IMG/VR virus record: IMGVR_UViG_3300028827_000129
Coordinates: 32,001-96,000 of that record
DNA from: a virus
Length of the DNA stretch: 64,000 nt
Strand: one strand, 5' to 3'
In this document: positions 59,213-64,000 of the stretch, one piece after another
Numbering within the stretch: the first letter of the stretch is position 1
Layout: each line of letters begins with the position of its first letter
Notes under the pieces: model-generated
Told to the model about the DNA's origin: nothing
Database searches by the model: none
What the model saw: only the letters and a program-made list of their open reading frames with translations
Program-made: the position numbers and the translations under genes

Positions 59213-59635
59213 GTGAGAGTTATGGCAGGCGGCGTAGATTTAGTAGATAAAGTCGACTTTGAAGGTGAAAATGTAATACAACAAAATATTAAGGATTTAT
59301 ATGGGAGACTGTATCAATATATTATGAAAGATTTTAGGCATGTTGAAGACTGTAAAAAATGCCATGAAAAATTAAACGATCTATTTAATGGACATACACA
59401 CAATATAGACCATGAGCACCGCTTTGATTGGTATTGGAGTCATCCTGGTGGGTCTGCAACAGGAGTTACAAATATCATACTATCTGAAAGCGCATCCCCG
59501 ACTCAGCGTTCTACAGTTATTGCATTGCCAGCCAACGCCGAAAGTAAGAAGACTTTTGATGTTTTGAGAGGGAATCAGATTGTACATAAAAACTTTATTG
59601 CTAAGGGCATTAAACCATTTAAGGTGGTTTTTTAA
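59213..59635 (+). CDS. Hypothetical protein with HxH motifs (spike-tip-like)
   Basis: LFNGHTHNIDHEH. Confidence 0.5.
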   Translation: MRVMAGGVDLVDKVDFEGENVIQQNIKDLYGRLYQYIMKDFRHVEDCKKCHEKLNDLFNGHTHNIDHEHRFDWYWSHPGGSATGVTNIILSESASPTQRSTVIALPANAESKKTFDVLRGNQIVHKNFIAKGIKPFKVVF

Positions 59636-59637
59636 TT

Positions 59638-59835
59638 ATGTTTGGTGTAGAAGATAAGCATCTTGGAGCATGTTTGGCAATTATTAACTTTTTCGAAGAA
59701 AAACTATCTAAGGATAATCGAGATGTTGCTACTGATGTTTTAATGCTAAAGCCAAGCTTTAGAAGTTTAGAGAATTTATATGCAATGAGAAGTGTTTTAA
59801 ACTCTTACGTAGACCAAAGTGAAGAAGATGAGTAG
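59638..59835 (+). CDS. Hypothetical protein
   Basis: 65 aa in operon. Confidence 0.5.
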   Translation: MFGVEDKHLGACLAIINFFEEKLSKDNRDVATDVLMLKPSFRSLENLYAMRSVLNSYVDQSEEDE

Positions 59836-61072
59836 TAAGTTTATAAAAGAATGCGTTCCATGTTCAGAGCGGCTAAATTTGTCTGAAGAGTTTAATGTAT
59901 CAGATGATTTAGTAAATATTTTTATGCATTGGGCTGATTTTTCTTTAGAAAATGCTAAGGCTATCAATAGACTTCTTAATAGCACTGATGTCTATGACTC
60001 ATATTGTGAGTTGTTAGATTTTTTTGATTCCCAATGCGTCGTAGATCTAAAGGCCATTTTTAGCCTTCTTGCATGGCAACTTGCTAATCTTAATACTGCT
60101 TTATTGTATAATTTACGTTCTGGTATTTTTAGCTTATTATCTCCATTTTTTATGCCGCTAACTGGCAAGTTAACTGATCTTTTAAATAAGTATATAAGTT
60201 TGGTTTTGCCTAAGATTGACTGTTCTATAAATTCCCTTATTGATGTTCTAGATAAGATCCCAGGGGAAACAGAGATAGAAGAGATTGTTTATAGATATAA
60301 ACTTGCAAAAGAGGAACTGTCTACGCATGAGTACAATATAAAAAATCGTATTTTAGAAAGGGACCATGCAATTTTATCTGGTAGTGACTTATCTTCACTT
60401 AAGACGTCTTCTTATGCATCTGCTGATAATTACGGAGATGCTATAGAGATGATAAAGCAGGTAGGGAAGCGGAGTAAGTCACTGCCGAGAGACAAGTATT
60501 TCAATTTTATTGTTAAACCAATGGCTGATGCTAGAAATAAGATTAATAATAAACTACAAGAGCTTAAGAATGACCTAGAAGGATTCATTAGACTTGACGC
60601 ATCATCGTCCAGTGATTTTGCATTTTTAATCCAACAGATTACATCTGTTAAGCGCATATTGTCTTTTTTAGAGCCAGTAATAAATGGGCAATTCTCTCGT
60701 TCTGCAGCTGGATGTGATGGTACTTCCTTTTTTAGAAAGAAGCCTGATGTTGGACAAAGTGTGCCAAAAAATACCACAAATAACAAAGGGGATACATTCG
60801 GAGATAATACTGATAATACTGCAGAAGTTATGTCAAGAAATGTCGCCAAGAATGAAAAAACTATAATATCTGATGAGATAGTTTTACAAAATTTGAATGC
60901 TATTTTGGAAGATTCTGGCTTTGAAGTTGTAACAGAGAATAATAAAATAACGTTAAAAACTAAAGACTTAGATAAAAATGTTGTTTCAAGTGTACAGGCG
61001 AATTTTGGATTTTTTGCACGTTTGAGTAATGGAATTGATGCTAAGACAGATTCTAAGGATTTTTGTACATGA
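59828..61072 (+). CDS. Helical hypothetical structural protein
   Basis: ~414 aa between terL and portal. Confidence 0.65.
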   Translation: MSSKFIKECVPCSERLNLSEEFNVSDDLVNIFMHWADFSLENAKAINRLLNSTDVYDSYCELLDFFDSQCVVDLKAIFSLLAWQLANLNTALLYNLRSGIFSLLSPFFMPLTGKLTDLLNKYISLVLPKIDCSINSLIDVLDKIPGETEIEEIVYRYKLAKEELSTHEYNIKNRILERDHAILSGSDLSSLKTSSYASADNYGDAIEMIKQVGKRSKSLPRDKYFNFIVKPMADARNKINNKLQELKNDLEGFIRLDASSSSDFAFLIQQITSVKRILSFLEPVINGQFSRSAAGCDGTSFFRKKPDVGQSVPKNTTNNKGDTFGDNTDNTAEVMSRNVAKNEKTIISDEIVLQNLNAILEDSGFEVVTENNKITLKTKDLDKNVVSSVQANFGFFARLSNGIDAKTDSKDFCT

Positions 61073-62856
61073 GCAATATTAATAATATTAAAAAACGCAA
61101 CACAAGAAGAAAAAAGCGTGGCGCTGGCACTAATATGAATCCTGATCGTCAGTTGAAAGTTGTCAGGTCATCTCATATTCCTTTATATTACGAGGCCGGT
61201 AGGGACTCTTTTGTAGTTGCAGAATATGACTTGCGAGAAATTTCTACTATTGAAGATGTCGAGTCTTTCGTAAGACAAGCTTTTAGAAAAAAAACATCTT
61301 TAATGTTCAAGGAAGGATATGATCTTGTAGGTGAAAATATCGAAACTATAAATTATATTAAGGAGAGATTCAGGCAAATTTCATATGTTTCCGATAAGCC
61401 GATCGATTTGCTGTTGCGAGAGATTGGTGCTGACTTAATAAAGTTCTCTAATGCGTTTTTGTATAAAGCTAGAAGCGCTAGATCTTCAGGCGGGCGTGTT
61501 AGGGTTTCAAAAACGGGCAAACGTAAGTTAGACCCTGTTGCTGCATACTTTAGAATCCCACCTGAAACTGTTCAAATAAGACTTAGTAAGTCTAATAAGA
61601 TTACACATTACAGACAAATGATGCCGGATGGTAGATATAAAGATTTTGCTGCTGAAGATATTATTCATATCTATCATGATCGCAAGGCTGGGTTTATCAT
61701 GGGAACTCCGGCATTAATCCCAGTTATTGACGACATTAAGGTTTTGCGTAGGATTGAAGAAAATGTAGAGTTAATGGTATATAAAGACCTTTTCCCTCTT
61801 TATCATTATAAGGTTGGGACTGAAGATGCTCCGGCGATGACATATGGGGATGGCACTACGGAAGTTGACATAGTGCGTGATGCCATAGAACAAATGCCAT
61901 TAGAAGGTACTGTAGTAACTTCTGAACGTCATAATATTAATGTGATAGGCGCTGAAGGTCATGCATTAAAGGCTAGTGAATATCTTGATTATTTTAAAAA
62001 GCGTGTCTATGCTGGACTAGGGTGTTCTTCAATTGACTTTGGAGAAAGTGGTACTTCTAACAGATCTACGTCTGAGACTCTATCGAAAGCTCTTATAGAT
62101 GATGTGAAGGGCTATCAGAAAGTATTGTCAATCTTTATTAATCATTATATCATTAAGGAACTTTTATTAGAAAGTCCGTTTGTTGTAGGATGGAATGTTA
62201 ATACGAAGGATGAGGTTTACTTTAAGTTTAAAGAGATAGATGTAGATACAAATATTAAGAAGAGCGCTGATGCTGTTAATCTTTTTAACTCTAATTTGAT
62301 AGAAGAAAATGAGGCGCGTGAAATGATTGGATATGAGCCAATGACTGAAGAGCAGCGCAAACGGACTTTCAGTGAACTTGTTGGCAAACCAATGGCTGAA
62401 CATGAATCTTTACTTAAAAACAAAGTAGAAGGTTCTGTTTCATCTGCAAAGAATAGGGTGCAGCCTGAGAATCAACATGGGAAGAAAACAGGACCTCAGA
62501 AGTCAGTTAAAGATCTCGTATCTTTTGTTTTTGACGGATTAAAGGCAGGTAAAAATAAAGATATTAATGCCATATTAGCTTCAATGTTCAGCGATATGTT
62601 TATTGTTAAATATACTATACTTCTTGAGGAAGAAGTTAAAGATAAATTAAAACTTGAAGAATATTCTACTTTGTTAGTTAATACTGTTAATGAATCTATT
62701 AATGATTTATCTGTTATTGCTTTAGATTCACTTAATAGAGATTTAAGCAGAAATAGAGAAGATTTGCCAAGTTTAGATGTTTTAAAGAAAGTGTTTGTAA
62801 AGCATATACAAGCTACTAAAGATGGGTTCAGTGCTGCTTGTGAGCTTTTGCAATAA
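61069..62856 (+). CDS. Portal protein
   Basis: DLIKFSNAF, IPPETV, EDIIHI, GTPALIPVIDD; downstream of terL. Confidence 0.85.
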   Translation: MSNINNIKKRNTRRKKRGAGTNMNPDRQLKVVRSSHIPLYYEAGRDSFVVAEYDLREISTIEDVESFVRQAFRKKTSLMFKEGYDLVGENIETINYIKERFRQISYVSDKPIDLLLREIGADLIKFSNAFLYKARSARSSGGRVRVSKTGKRKLDPVAAYFRIPPETVQIRLSKSNKITHYRQMMPDGRYKDFAAEDIIHIYHDRKAGFIMGTPALIPVIDDIKVLRRIEENVELMVYKDLFPLYHYKVGTEDAPAMTYGDGTTEVDIVRDAIEQMPLEGTVVTSERHNINVIGAEGHALKASEYLDYFKKRVYAGLGCSSIDFGESGTSNRSTSETLSKALIDDVKGYQKVLSIFINHYIIKELLLESPFVVGWNVNTKDEVYFKFKEIDVDTNIKKSADAVNLFNSNLIEENEAREMIGYEPMTEEQRKRTFSELVGKPMAEHESLLKNKVEGSVSSAKNRVQPENQHGKKTGPQKSVKDLVSFVFDGLKAGKNKDINAILASMFSDMFIVKYTILLEEEVKDKLKLEEYSTLLVNTVNESINDLSVIALDSLNRDLSRNREDLPSLDVLKKVFVKHIQATKDGFSAACELLQ

Positions 62857-62867
62857 GGAGATATGAA

Positions 62868-64000
62868 ATGGCTCATATATCGTTTAAAGATTTTTTCCAT
62901 TTTGATGCTAGCGCAATTAAAGATAATGTAAAGTTTTTTCATGAAACAAAGGATAGTGCTTCTGAAACTGGGCATTCAATAAAATGTCAAATCAGAGCTA
63001 CATTTTCTGCTGTTATAAATAAAAATAATAGATTTGATATGCCTCATGCTGTTAAAAAGGGCGCTGCATCATTACTTGACGAGTACCCAAAACCTATATT
63101 AGTAGGTCATTATGATGAAATTGATCCTATTGGTCGCGTCTCCGATTATGAATATGTAGATATTTCTTCACAGTTCCAAATTCCTAAAATAAAATCATTT
63201 CTTGACCCTAAGACATCTTATATATCTAAGTTAAAAGTTGTTGATTTCATTGTCGAAAACTTGATTCCGCTAAAAGGTTATAAAGGCCTTGGCTATATAG
63301 ATGTCATAGCAGACATAAGCGACCCGAGGGCTATAAGAAAGATATTAGATGGCAGGTATTTAACTGTGTCAATTGGCGGTAGATCCGACAAAATGGTCTG
63401 CTCAGTATGCAAGACGGATTGGGTTAGCGAAGATTATTGTGAACATACTCCTGGCGTCGTTTATGACGGGAAAAGGGCTTTTCTTATAAGTGGCAATATA
63501 TTATATAACGAAATATCATTTGTGAATAAGCCCGCCAATCCACATAGTCAGGTAGTGAAGATTGACGAAGCAAATAATGTGAGGGATGAAGTAAGAATTG
63601 GTTCTAATGATGATTTTAATGATCATTGCTTAGTGAGTTTTGATTTAACAGATTCTTGTCAAGGAGAAGAAGAGATGGCGGTAAAGAAGAAGAGAAAGAA
63701 GAAGGTTGAAGATATTGAAAAAGACATCAAAGATAAAGATGTCAATACTGAAGATAAAGAAGAGGTAAAAGATTCTAAAGCCAATGATGACGTAAAAGAT
63801 AATAATGTTGATGAAGAGCAGAAAGAGCATGAGAATGTAAAAGCTTCTTCTGAAGATAACGAAAATAATGGTAATGTAGTTGACGAAGAAGAAAAAGAGG
63901 ATAGTTCTAAAGAAGAAGAGCTTCCTGCTATTGAAGAAATTATCAAAGACGAAGAGGCTAATTATGAGGCGATTGCTGCTGTTTTAGATGAATTAGAGTT
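62868..64000 (+). CDS. Prohead protease with acidic scaffold extension (runs off the window)
   Basis: Not in ORF track; PILVGH...PIGRV, YLTVSIG, CSVC...CEH.PG..YDG, EISFVNKPA. Confidence 0.85.
   Translation, partial: MAHISFKDFFHFDASAIKDNVKFFHETKDSASETGHSIKCQIRATFSAVINKNNRFDMPHAVKKGAASLLDEYPKPILVGHYDEIDPIGRVSDYEYVDISSQFQIPKIKSFLDPKTSYISKLKVVDFIVENLIPLKGYKGLGYIDVIADISDPRAIRKILDGRYLTVSIGGRSDKMVCSVCKTDWVSEDYCEHTPGVVYDGKRAFLISGNILYNEISFVNKPANPHSQVVKIDEANNVRDEVRIGSNDDFNDHCLVSFDLTDSCQGEEEMAVKKKRKKKVEDIEKDIKDKDVNTEDKEEVKDSKANDDVKDNNVDEEQKEHENVKASSEDNENNGNVVDEEEKEDSSKEEELPAIEEIIKDEEANYEAIAAVLDELE

Overview
A 64-kb segment of a large tailed dsDNA bacteriophage (Caudoviricetes, probably very large or jumbo); no host genes, rRNA or CRISPR array were seen. 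1-44.5 kb is a dense minus-strand accessory arm. It carries NAD+/ADP-ribose enzymes (NAMPT + NMNAT-Nudix, macrodomain, NADAR, SLOG, DUF488), RNA-repair enzymes (RtcB, an apparently inactive RtcB paralogue, Rnl1, Rnl2-like ligase), a mini-SRAP, a deaminase, a radical SAM protein, six tRNAs (Ile-UAU, Lys-UUU, Leu-UAA, Arg-UCU, Leu-CAA, Gln-UUG) and two aberrant tRNA-like RNAs. GC content rises strongly toward about 45.1 kb and then drops abruptly into a nearly cytosine-free segment where the coding strand switches. 45.6-51 kb holds a lysis-like trio, a thymidylate-synthase-family gene, a resolvase-like nuclease, ClpP and an array of long palindromes. 51-64 kb is the plus-strand head/packaging module: candidate small terminase, a DEDD-ART-SNase multidomain protein, large terminase, portal and prohead protease/scaffold. 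Best candidate for a new system: a coiled-coil gene (16023-16652) immediately followed by a ~350-nt closed RNA structure containing an embedded tRNA mimic and ~12 tandem 7-nt A-rich repeats. Other strong leads are two rod-like hairpins sharing one promoter-like motif, a 122-nt tRNA-like RNA and a ~380-nt GNRA-rich RNA. All family calls are motif recognition by eye; no searches were run.
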